Source of the DNA: Patescibacteria group bacterium
GTDB lineage: Bacteria > Patescibacteriota > WWE3 > JAUXAW01 > JAYEID01
Length of the DNA: 64,000 bases
Assembly: GCA_048621635.1 (NCBI GenBank)
Contig: JBMCWH010000001.1
Coordinates: forward strand, 4,324-68,323
Direction of reading: 5' to 3'
Below the pieces are notes generated by a model, which ran no database searches, had not been told where the DNA came from, and was given only the letters and a program-made list of their open reading frames with translations. The position numbers and the translations under genes are program-made. Positions 50,407 to 58,663 of this stretch are shown here, piece by piece; position 1 is the stretch's first letter; every line of letters begins with the position of its first letter.

Positions 50407-50507
50407 AAAGTCTAAGTCTTCAGAACACCGGTGTCCAAACTGTAAGGCCAGACCTGTTCCCCCAGCAAGATAAAATCAAAAGGGGTTTACTGCTGGCCAT
50501 ATTTCTT

Positions 50508-50816
50508 TTAGAATCTGTTTTGTTTTTGGATAAAGGATTTCTTCAAACATCTAATTTCTTTAACAGGAACCTCCAAAAGGTTAGCATAAAAGTTAGCTGA
50601 TTTGGGAGAGACGACTCGGCTATTGCGTAACACATCGATAAATTCCTCAGAAAACTGCTTACAAACCCACTTAAAAGATTCCTTGTCACCATATTCCAGT
50701 ACCCTTTCTACAATAAAACGCTTGTGCTGCTGTGAATCCAGTTTAGAGCAGTCTACATCCCAAAGATATTTCTCGACACAGGAAGGATTTGCATCTAGGT
50801 AATTATAACACTTACA
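50508..50816 (-). other. Orphan 102-codon stop-free reading frame lacking a start codon, in frame with and directly after the TAA stop of the DHH phosphoesterase gene
   Basis: Translation: CKCYNYLDANPSCVEKYLWDVDCSKLDSQQHKRFIVERVLEYGDKESFKWVCKQFSEEFIDVLRNSRVVSPKSANFYANLLEVPVKEIRCLKKSFIQKQNRF. Composition is protein-like; no ATG, only one internal GTG late in the frame. Confidence 0.3.
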
Positions 50817-51848
50817 TTACTGGGCTGTGCCCTCTTCCAAATACCCGGAAGCAATCTTCAAAACTTTGTCCTGTGCAGATTCTACATCCATCTCCAGAGA
50901 AAATCCTGCTGCCAAGGTATGTCCTGCCCCACCCAACCTTTTTGCTATCTCCGAAACATCAACACCTGTTCGCGAACGTAGCGATCCTCTAACCTGGCCA
51001 GGAACAGTTTCCGTCAGCAAAATTCCTATCTCGGTACCCCGTACATGTTGAAAAAACATGCCCAAAGCATTGCTCCGAGCATGGTTAAACTCTGCTTGAG
51101 AAATCCCCAAAGAATCAAAATCTTCTACAGAAACAGTAGATAACAAAACACCTACATCCTCATCAACATAAACATTATCCAAAATCACTGCCCAAAGAGC
51201 CAAACTTTGCACTGAAATTTGCTTCAGAAAGTGAAAAATAACCCTATCGTAGTCAACACTCTTATCCAACAGATCTCCAGCTATCTTAAATGTAGCCTTG
51301 GAAGTATTAGAAAATCTAAAAATACCGGTATCCGCAAGCAGGCCCACAAGAAGAATAGTTGCTAAATCCGCTGATATTTCCAACTTCCAATTGTTAAATA
51401 AGTTATACAAGATTTCTGCAGTTGCTGCCGAATCTTGGTCAACAATAGTTGCCGAAAAAGAGGGATATTCATGCGGATGAGGGTGATGATCAATAAGTAC
51501 CTTCACCAATTGGTCAGGAATTAACACATTTTCCCTGGTATGCCGAAAGATAACACCATCCGAAGCGTAAGAAGAATCAAGAAACAAAATCAAATCAAAC
51601 TCTTCAAAATCAAAATCAGCAAAGTCCTTCTGCTGAATATCTGAAAAGCCAGGAAGGAACTCAAAACCAGAGATAGGATCAGTAGAAGACACTACCACAT
51701 TCTTTTCTAAATTACCCAAAATATGAGCAAAAGATAAGGCAGAAGAAACAGAATCCCCGTCAGGGTAAAGATGCAAAGGAATGAGGATTTGATCCGTGTC
51801 ATCAAGTATTTCCCAAATCTTAGCTGCTGCCTCACCAAAGTTTTTCAC
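50817..51848 (-). CDS. DHH/DHHA1 phosphoesterase (NrnA-like nanoRNase / pAp phosphatase)
   Basis: DHH motifs (DGDSVSSALSF, IDHHPH) and DHHA1 GGGH (RLGGAGHTLAAGF). The ORF track extends to 51956, but the extra 36 residues are non-homologous. A GTG at 51848 is preceded by TGTATAAT plus 7 nt, so a leaderless GTG start is proposed. Confidence 0.75.
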   Translation of the reverse strand: MKNFGEAAAKIWEILDDTDQILIPLHLYPDGDSVSSALSFAHILGNLEKNVVVSSTDPISGFEFLPGFSDIQQKDFADFDFEEFDLILFLDSSYASDGVIFRHTRENVLIPDQLVKVLIDHHPHPHEYPSFSATIVDQDSAATAEILYNLFNNWKLEISADLATILLVGLLADTGIFRFSNTSKATFKIAGDLLDKSVDYDRVIFHFLKQISVQSLALWAVILDNVYVDEDVGVLLSTVSVEDFDSLGISQAEFNHARSNALGMFFQHVRGTEIGILLTETVPGQVRGSLRSRTGVDVSEIAKRLGGAGHTLAAGFSLEMDVESAQDKVLKIASGYLEEGTAQ

Positions 51849-51855
51849 AGGTATA

Positions 51856-51863
51856 ATTATACA
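51856..51863 (-). promoter_or_regulatory. Extended -10 TGTATAAT 7 nt before the proposed GTG start of the DHH gene
   Basis: Minus strand reads tttcTGTATAATtatacctGTGAAAAAC. Confidence 0.35.
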
Positions 51864-51961
51864 GAAACTACAGGTACCAAAAAAGTAGAAGAATTGATTA
51901 ACTAAAATCTGAGAGAAATTAGCTGTAGGCGGATAGAGTAGTTTCTGAATCAGCAAATAAA

Positions 51962-52421
51962 AATGCCTGGGAAGGGAATAAGCCAGATCCTGTTCCTCGC
52001 GTTAACCGCGACTTGTGATCATCTATCTACCATAGACTATGGTTTTGCACTCCATCTTGTCCCGCCCCTTCTCTAAAGAGAAGTATTGCCGAGCAGACTT
52101 GCTCTGTCTAAAACAGAGGGCATGGATTCGTGGATTGCTGCGGGTAGGATTGCCACGTTTCACTCCGGCTCCCTGTCCTTCGGTGTCAAAAGCCACCGAT
52201 TTAAGTCAGATTTAGGAACCGATTCGTCACTGTTGCTCTCAGATTACGTCAATTCGCAATCTGTTTCCCTTTCCTTTCGAAAAAAGGAACACCAGCTGTT
52301 AAGCTGCCAAAGGCAGTTTCCAGTCGGGACTTACGGCCCGACCCCCTGCTCTACGCAGTCTGGACTTTCCTCTCCCGATCAATCGGGAGCGATCACGCTC
52401 CTTCCCAGGCAGCATATATTA
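51962..52421 (-). ncRNA. rnpB: RNase P RNA (bacterial type A-like) with extended 3' region
   Basis: Minus strand contains GGGAGAGGAAAGUCCAGACUGCGUAGAGCAGGGGGUCGGGCCGUAAGUCCCGAC (CR-I/P4 5' strand and P5-P7 region), a P4 3' strand ...AGACAGAGCAAGUCUG..., and a 12-bp terminal helix between GCUGCCUGGGAAGG (5') and CCCUUCCCAGGCA (3'). A TGTTATAAT promoter lies just upstream. Confidence 0.75.
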
Positions 52422-52427
52422 TAACAT

Positions 52428-52436
52428 ATTTCTAAC
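52428..52436 (-). promoter_or_regulatory. Extended -10 TGTTATAAT promoter of rnpB
   Basis: Minus strand reads gaaatatGTTATAATatatgcTGCCUGGG... Confidence 0.45.
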
Positions 52437-52665
52437 TGAATTTAAATTGCCGAAATCAAGAAGAAACTGGAAACTAGTAGTTAGTACATCATATTCGATA
52501 GTTAGCTTCCCACATCATCCAGGTGTTGGAAGATCAAAACATTAGGAAAACCATCTCTTCCCTTTACAAAGCGGATCATAAGAAAATTTGAGAAAGAGGT
52601 AACAACCTCTGTGACAAGAAAAGTCTTATGTTAACATTAAAACATTCGAAAGGTGGTGATTATTA

Positions 52666-53127
52666 ATGGCTTTTTATCTCAATAGAGCAACTTTATTAGG
52701 ACGTATTGCTAACGATCACAATCTCCGCTATACCTCTAGCGGAAGAGCAGTACTAAACGCACGCATTGCTACCTCCTATTCGTACCAAAATGACGAGGGG
52801 GAATGGGTAGATGTTCCTCAATTTACAACCTGCGTTTTATGGGGGCGCTCTGCAGAAATAGTTGCTGAACAAACAGGCAAAGGAGATTACCTATACGTAG
52901 AAGGACGCCTCCAAACACGGGACTGGGAAGACCAAGAAGGAAACAAAAGATACGCTACGGAAATACAAGTTCAGCGCTTTATTATCCCACGGAATAAAAA
53001 GGAAGGCGCGGTAGAAACAGAAATTGGTTCCGAAGGTGCAGACGGTGTAACAGTCAATGATGCACCAGAACCTTCAGAAACAGGATCAGAAGATGAAGAC
53101 ATTGATTCAGACAGTATACCTTTCTGA
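52666..53127 (+). CDS. ssb: Single-stranded DNA-binding protein
   Basis: 153 aa; OB-fold N-terminus, acidic C-terminal tail ending DSIPF. Confidence 0.9.
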   Translation: MAFYLNRATLLGRIANDHNLRYTSSGRAVLNARIATSYSYQNDEGEWVDVPQFTTCVLWGRSAEIVAEQTGKGDYLYVEGRLQTRDWEDQEGNKRYATEIQVQRFIIPRNKKEGAVETEIGSEGADGVTVNDAPEPSETGSEDEDIDSDSIPF

Positions 53128-53129
53128 TC

Positions 53130-54665
53130 CTAGGCATTATCGCGCATCCGATAGGTCACAGCTTCACTAACATGTGCCTTGCTAATTTCTTCCTCATTTT
53201 CTAAGTCCGCTATAGTGCGGGATATTTTAAGCACCTTATGATAGGCACGAGCTGACAAGGAATATTTGGACACAATCCCACGAAGATATTTTCTAACACT
53301 GCCTTGCAAAGCACAAAACTCCTCAACTGCTTTAGCAGGTATTTCTGCATTTGCCCTTACCTTCGTGTCTTTAAAACGTGCTAATTGTCTATTGCGTGCT
53401 TCTTGCACATGGGACTGAACATCAGCAGAGGATTTAGCATCTGCTGCTTCCGGATCAAAAAGTTTTTCTGTCTTAACTCTGGGTACCGTAACATGAAGAT
53501 CAATACGATCTAGTAAAGGACCAGAAATCTTCTTTTGGTATTTTCTTATCTCGCGAGGTGAGCAAGTACATTGTTTTTCAGTAGTACCATAAAAACCGCA
53601 AGGGCAAGGATTCTGAGCAGCAACTAGCAAAAATTCTGCCGGATAGGTAGAAGTAGCTCTAGCTCGAGAGATCGTCACCACTCCGTCTTCTAAAGGTTGC
53701 CGCAAGCTTTCCAAAACATGCCGGGGAAATTCTGGAAACTCATCCAAAAATAGCACACCACGGTGCGCTAACGATATTTCTCCCGGAGCGGGTATTGTCC
53801 CACCACCAATAAGACCAACTCTGGAAACCGTATGGTGAGGAGAGCGAAAAGGTCTTTTGGTTATTAGGGGTTCAGCCGTAGGTAAACGTCCAGCAACAGA
53901 ATATATCTTGGTAACCTCCAGCGCTTCTGAGGTGGTTAACTTCGGCAAAATTGAAGGTAAAGAACGTGCCAGTAATGTTTTCCCTGCGCCCGGGGGACCT
54001 TTAAATAGAACATTATGATTGCCAGCAGCAGCTATTTTCAAAGCTCTTTTTGCACTTTCCTGACCACGAATGTGAGCAAAATCACATTCGTAAGTTGGAT
54101 GGTTTGCAATTACTTTTTCTAAATCCAAAGATTTTCTTGGCTCTATCTTTTCAATATGTTTGTAGTGATAGAAAATCTGGACAAGAGTAGAAACAGGGTA
54201 AATATCAATTCCCTTCACCACCGCCGCTTCCTCGGCATCCATTTCGGGAACAAAAATGTTTCGAAAGCCGTGTTCCCTAGCCATTAACACTAATGGAAGA
54301 ACACCTTTTACGTGTCTAACTGAGCCATCCAAGGAAAGCTCTCCCAAGACTACAGCATTCTCATAATTCGCCACAGCAATCTGCCCAGAAGCAATAAGAA
54401 TCCCTAAAGCAATAGGTAAATCGTAGGCAGGCCCTTCTTTCGGCAAATTTGCAGGAGCCAGATTAACAGTAATCTTGTAATTAGGAAAAGTCGCACCCGA
54501 ATTTATTAATGCAGAACGGACACGTTCACGAGCTTCCTCTACTGCTTTATCCGGCAGACCAACAATCTTAAAAGCAGGCAAGCCCTTCTTCTGAATATCT
54601 ACCTCCACTTCCACAGGAACACTTTCCAGCCCAACTGTCGCACCGGAAAACACCTTGGCAAGCAC
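53130..54665 (-). CDS. comM: YifB/ComM family Mg-chelatase-like AAA+ ATPase
   Basis: 511 aa; N-terminal Lon-like domain, Walker A GPPGAGKT, C-terminal ChlI-type region. Confidence 0.85.
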   Translation of the reverse strand: MLAKVFSGATVGLESVPVEVEVDIQKKGLPAFKIVGLPDKAVEEARERVRSALINSGATFPNYKITVNLAPANLPKEGPAYDLPIALGILIASGQIAVANYENAVVLGELSLDGSVRHVKGVLPLVLMAREHGFRNIFVPEMDAEEAAVVKGIDIYPVSTLVQIFYHYKHIEKIEPRKSLDLEKVIANHPTYECDFAHIRGQESAKRALKIAAAGNHNVLFKGPPGAGKTLLARSLPSILPKLTTSEALEVTKIYSVAGRLPTAEPLITKRPFRSPHHTVSRVGLIGGGTIPAPGEISLAHRGVLFLDEFPEFPRHVLESLRQPLEDGVVTISRARATSTYPAEFLLVAAQNPCPCGFYGTTEKQCTCSPREIRKYQKKISGPLLDRIDLHVTVPRVKTEKLFDPEAADAKSSADVQSHVQEARNRQLARFKDTKVRANAEIPAKAVEEFCALQGSVRKYLRGIVSKYSLSARAYHKVLKISRTIADLENEEEISKAHVSEAVTYRMRDNA

Positions 54666-54800
54666 AGTGGTTCTATACTAGCATTATCTACCGAAAATCA
54701 ACAAACAACTCTCTCCACCCTCAAAAAATAAATCAAACCCGCTAGAAGACAGCCCCTGTAAACCCCTTTCCAAATCCGAATCTTAATCTTCAGCTACTAT

Positions 54801-55805
54801 TTAGTCTTCGAGAAAAACCTTTCGAACAATAATGGAGCCTACCAAAGTAAGAGGAAGAGCAAAAAGAAGGCCCACAAACCCTAGCAACATACCTCCCGTT
54901 AGGATTGCCACCATAGTTACCAAAGGATTAAAACCGATCGCATTTTGCATAACTTTGGGGACAATAAAGTAGTTCTCAACCTGCTGAACCAAAATAAACA
55001 GGGCGATCGCAGCTAAGCCCATCCAAACAGAATCATAAAAACCAACTAAAGCTGCAGGAAAAACCGAAATAATAGGACCAAAATTAGGCACAATTTCCAA
55101 AAACCCAGCAATAACAGATAGAGCAACTGCATAATCCATTCTCAAAAGCGTAAGCCCGACAAAAGTAAAACTACCCACACACAGCATCAACACAGACTCC
55201 GCAGCAAACCAAGCACCAAGCCGAGACTTTATTTCCTCAATTGTCTCCCTTACTTTATCGCGCGATTTCTCTGCAAACAGATTAACAAAATAGCGCTCGA
55301 TTTCTTCCAAATAAATAAGAATATAAACAGTAAAAACCAAAACGGTAATAACCGCTCCTACACCAGAAAAAGCTCCCCAAGTAACTTTAAGCACGTTGCC
55401 GGACAACCCTCCTACTTGATCTGCTAAGGTCTTACTCAAATCTCGAAAAAACCCAGGCGCCGAAGGGGATTGGGCCAAAGCATTCAAAAGGAAGGGCAAT
55501 CTTCGCACAAACCGAACAGTTTGATCAACTACCGTAGAAACACCAAAAGCCCCCAAAGCCAAAAACACCAAACCCAAACCCAACACAGAAACAATACCGG
55601 CTACTTCCCTTTTAATTCCTTTCCGAACAAGAAAATCAATAAGAGAACTAAGGCCTAAGGCAAGAAGAAGCGCAGCAAGAAGAATAAGCAACACAGCCTT
55701 GAGCTGAACAGCTAACCAGCCAACAAGAACCACCAAAAAAGCCGCTACTACTGCCCTAGTTGTTATATTAACCTGTAACTTCTCAGGAAATTTATCTGAA
55801 ACCAT
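54801..55805 (-). CDS. AI-2E family transporter (UPF0118/PerM-like)
   Basis: 334 aa polytopic membrane protein with AI-2E-type topology. Confidence 0.7.
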   Translation of the reverse strand: MVSDKFPEKLQVNITTRAVVAAFLVVLVGWLAVQLKAVLLILLAALLLALGLSSLIDFLVRKGIKREVAGIVSVLGLGLVFLALGAFGVSTVVDQTVRFVRRLPFLLNALAQSPSAPGFFRDLSKTLADQVGGLSGNVLKVTWGAFSGVGAVITVLVFTVYILIYLEEIERYFVNLFAEKSRDKVRETIEEIKSRLGAWFAAESVLMLCVGSFTFVGLTLLRMDYAVALSVIAGFLEIVPNFGPIISVFPAALVGFYDSVWMGLAAIALFILVQQVENYFIVPKVMQNAIGFNPLVTMVAILTGGMLLGFVGLLFALPLTLVGSIIVRKVFLED

Positions 55806-55851
55806 CTGTTTAGAATAACCAATTTAAAATTTTAAATTTAAAATTGAAAAT

Positions 55852-56838
55852 TCAAGTGCCCCTTTCTATGTATGATTCTACCAGCTGTTCTACCTTTTGG
55901 TCAAAGTTTGCTTCTGTAATATCAAACCAATTTATCTTTTCATTACGCCTAAACCAAGTGAGCTGCCTTCGAATATACGCGTGCGTATTATACTGAGCAC
56001 GCTCTAAACATTCTTCTAACGATTTTTCCCCGCCAAAATATGCCTTAAACTCAATGTAACCAATAGAATCCAAAGCAGGAATTTCCCAACCATATTTTTC
56101 CACCACTGAAGCAATTTCATCTATAAGACCGTTCTCTACCATTTTCTCCAGACGTTGGTCCGCCTTCTGGTAAAGAAAAGAACGTGGAGCATTCAACCCA
56201 ATCCACAAGGGATCTAGTTTAGAGGGTAGAATTTCAACAGATGCATCTTTTCCTTTTTTACTGTCTTCACTTTCTGCAATTTCAATTGCACGAATCAACC
56301 GGTGAGGACTATGTGGATCGATAGATTTTGCTCTCTGGGGGTCAAGTTTTCTTAAGCGTTCAAAAAGCTCCTCAGTTGTATATTCTTCCAATTCTGCTCG
56401 CAAATCCTCGTTTGGCGGTACCTTTGCAACTTCTACTTTGCCAAGAAGTATCTCTAAATACAAACCTGCCCCACCAACCAAAAATGGTAATTTTTCGCGC
56501 GACCAGATTTTTTTCACCCGATCAACAGCCACCCGCGCATATTGTACTGCATTTAGATCCTCATCCGGATCAATAAGATCATAGAGATGAATTCTTAAAC
56601 CATCCCCTGTTTCCTTATCTTCAATATCCCAATGACCTTCTGCCGTATTCCGTATTTCGTATCTCGTATCTCGTATTTGCTTTCCCGTCCCTATTTCTAA
56701 ACCCTTATAAATTTGGCGAGAATCAATAGAAACAATTTCGCCAGCAAATTTTTTACCAAGACTAATTCCTAACGAAGTTTTTCCTGTAGCTGTAGGCCCG
56801 CAAATAACAATAATTTTATCTGTAAGAGGCGAATTCAT
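55852..56838 (-). CDS. miaA: tRNA dimethylallyltransferase with in-frame insert derived from an intergenic repeat module
   Basis: P-loop ICGPTATGKTSLG, ...IDSRQIYKGLEIGTGK...; an insert QIRDTRYEIRNTAEG... is encoded by cgtatttcgtatctcgtatctcg (reverse complement). Confidence 0.88.
   Translation of the reverse strand: MNSPLTDKIIVICGPTATGKTSLGISLGKKFAGEIVSIDSRQIYKGLEIGTGKQIRDTRYEIRNTAEGHWDIEDKETGDGLRIHLYDLIDPDEDLNAVQYARVAVDRVKKIWSREKLPFLVGGAGLYLEILLGKVEVAKVPPNEDLRAELEEYTTEELFERLRKLDPQRAKSIDPHSPHRLIRAIEIAESEDSKKGKDASVEILPSKLDPLWIGLNAPRSFLYQKADQRLEKMVENGLIDEIASVVEKYGWEIPALDSIGYIEFKAYFGGEKSLEECLERAQYNTHAYIRRQLTWFRRNEKINWFDITEANFDQKVEQLVESYIERGT
56645..56680. repeat. Repeat module ccgtatttcgtatctcgtatctcgtatttgc embedded in the miaA coding sequence
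   Basis: Matches ataccgtatttcgtatctcgg of copy C (61430-61450) and the reverse complement of cgagatacgatatacggtatacgaaatacg in copy A. Confidence 0.55.
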
Positions 56839-56843
56839 ATATT

Positions 56844-57344
56844 TTAAGCATGTCGATCAGCAACAGAGGAGGCACCATAAGCTTCCGGCTTAGTCTTTAC
56901 AGAAAAGCCACTACCTCGAATCATTCCTACTACCTCAGCCAACATATCCCGTGTATCCCCATTTTCACCCACATCTACATGAATCTCAAAATCATAATCT
57001 AAAAAAGATTTCCCCTGTAACCTGTTTAACAATTCTTGCGCAAAAGAAAGAGAAAGAGAAGCTTCTTCGTAAATCCGCTCTCGCAAACTGTGAACTTCCC
57101 CAAATTTCTTCTTCCAAAAATAAATACCACCACCACCAACCCGATGCACAACCAAGGCAGTTACAAAATCTACGCCGCGGTGGTTGCAACCCAAAGAATC
57201 CGTACCGATAACCAACCGGTAATTATAATCAGGCTTCTGCTCCATATAATTGCGTATTCTCTCAAATACTTGCGATAGGTTGAGTTCTCCACGCGTGGGG
57301 CTGTAAAACACTTCTTCAGTTTTTGCAGTAGTTCTTTCTTCCAT
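56844..57344 (-). CDS. YkuK/DUF458-like RNase H-fold protein
   Basis: 166 aa; resembles the YkuK family (predicted RNase H-related). Confidence 0.5.
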   Translation of the reverse strand: MEERTTAKTEEVFYSPTRGELNLSQVFERIRNYMEQKPDYNYRLVIGTDSLGCNHRGVDFVTALVVHRVGGGGIYFWKKKFGEVHSLRERIYEEASLSLSFAQELLNRLQGKSFLDYDFEIHVDVGENGDTRDMLAEVVGMIRGSGFSVKTKPEAYGASSVADRHA

Positions 57345-57492
57345 AATAAAAAAATAGATTTATCCTTCATAAAAATAAGAAAAAGGGAAAAACCAATACC
57401 AAAGGAAAATCCAATATCTGTCCCTTATTTTAACACAAAAACAGTGAAATTTCAGTTTAGGAAAGGAGGCAAAAGAGTTTTACTGCTTAAAG

Positions 57493-57933
57493 TTACAGAT
57501 TTTTTGGTTCTTGGTTAAGTTCCTCAATCAATATCTCTAAATCACGTTGATACCCCTCCAAATCCTTCCGCACCTTTTCAACATAACGCTCCCGAGTAAG
57601 CTCATCACTCAGCCCAAGCACAGCTTGTCTAGTAGCAGTTGCTGTTTTGGTAAACTGCTCATAACCACGTGGAGATCCTTCTGTCTCCAACAGATCCCGG
57701 GCTTCCTGATAACGACGACTTAAAAGAACTAACCGTAATTCCATTTCTGTAGGAGGGTGAATTTGAGACACAAATACAGCCATATTTTCCACACTAAGTT
57801 TAAGGGGGTAAGTAACCTCCCCTGGCACTGCGTTCCAAGAAACTACTACTGCCAAGGTAAGCGGTAACAGACCTACCATCAACCCCAAAGTAATACGATC
57901 TAATAATTTACGCAGAAAACTACTGTTCTCCAT
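57493..57933 (-). CDS. Hypothetical membrane-anchored helical protein
   Basis: 146 aa; N-terminal TM helix (ITLGLMVGLLPLTLAVVVSW). Confidence 0.4.
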   Translation of the reverse strand: MENSSFLRKLLDRITLGLMVGLLPLTLAVVVSWNAVPGEVTYPLKLSVENMAVFVSQIHPPTEMELRLVLLSRRYQEARDLLETEGSPRGYEQFTKTATATRQAVLGLSDELTRERYVEKVRKDLEGYQRDLEILIEELNQEPKNL

Positions 57934-58053
57934 GCTTTGTCACAATAGTAACAAACACAATGCAATTTCTCTATATCTGTATATCCGATAACTCCTAGAC
58001 GTGTGTGGTATAATACTCGAGCCGCCCAAATAATCTGGAAAGGAGGGAACTAA

Positions 58054-58314
58054 ATGCCTACGCTAAGCGTCGTTGCTAGGATTGGAGGAGTTATCGTAGT
58101 TGGATATCTAGCTTGCGGTATAATGCTAGCTTACCTATACCCCGGACCAAAGATAAAAAAGAGTAAGCTGTTTATCCGCAATATGCTAATTGGACCTGCC
58201 TGGCTCATCTGGGGAAGCCTTCTTATAACTCTAACAAGTATCCTTATGTCTCTGAGATACCTTATCCACCGGCAAGAGAATAGAAAAGAGAGGAAAAATG
58301 CGCAAAAGAACTGA
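58054..58314 (+). CDS. Small two-TM membrane protein, hypothetical
   Basis: 86 aa; TGGTATAAT extended -10 and a GGAAAGGAGGG SD upstream. Confidence 0.4.
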   Translation: MPTLSVVARIGGVIVVGYLACGIMLAYLYPGPKIKKSKLFIRNMLIGPAWLIWGSLLITLTSILMSLRYLIHRQENRKERKNAQKN

Positions 58315-58423
58315 GATTTGGGAATGGATTAAAATACTTCTTATAGCGCCGCCCGTTCTATTTTTCTACTACGTAAAAGCTCATATTGAGCTTTTACAAG
58401 AACGCTTAAACAAACTTAAATAA
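58298..58423 (+). CDS. Candidate 41-aa single-TM micro-protein (MRKRTEIWEWIKILLIAPPVLFFYYVKAHIELLQERLNKLK)
   Basis: ATG overlaps the end of the previous small gene in a different frame; hydrophobic core; followed by a strong terminator. Below the ORF-track size cutoff. Confidence 0.25.
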   Translation: MRKRTEIWEWIKILLIAPPVLFFYYVKAHIELLQERLNKLK

Positions 58424-58431
58424 AGAGCACT

Positions 58432-58468
58432 AGCCGTGGAAAGCAAAAAGCTTTCCACGGCTTTTTTA
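58432..58468 (+). terminator. Rho-independent terminator
   Basis: agccgtggaaagc-aaaaa-gctttccacggct followed by ttttttac. Confidence 0.7.
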
Positions 58469-58663
58469 CTTAAACAAACTTGTTATATCAGACACGAGGC
58501 CCAATTTCCTAGAACGACTGGGCCCAATACAAGATAATAGAAAGTAATGAGTAATTAGGTTTAACACTCATTAGCCTCTATTTTCATTGACTTCAAAGTA
58601 TTTCCGTTGTAATATACATAAGTAATATAGTAATGGTTGTTTTATTTTTGAAAGGAAAAAATT

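Noticed and set aside
50602-50802. 66-aa plus-strand ORF in the DHH downstream region
   Set aside because: Ser/Thr/Cys-rich, low-complexity translation antisense to the much longer stop-free minus-strand frame, which has protein-like composition.
51849-51956. N-terminal 36 codons of the ORF-track version of the DHH gene
   Set aside because: Non-homologous hydrophobic sequence that would run into the rnpB 3' end. An in-frame GTG with its own extended -10 promoter marks a better start.
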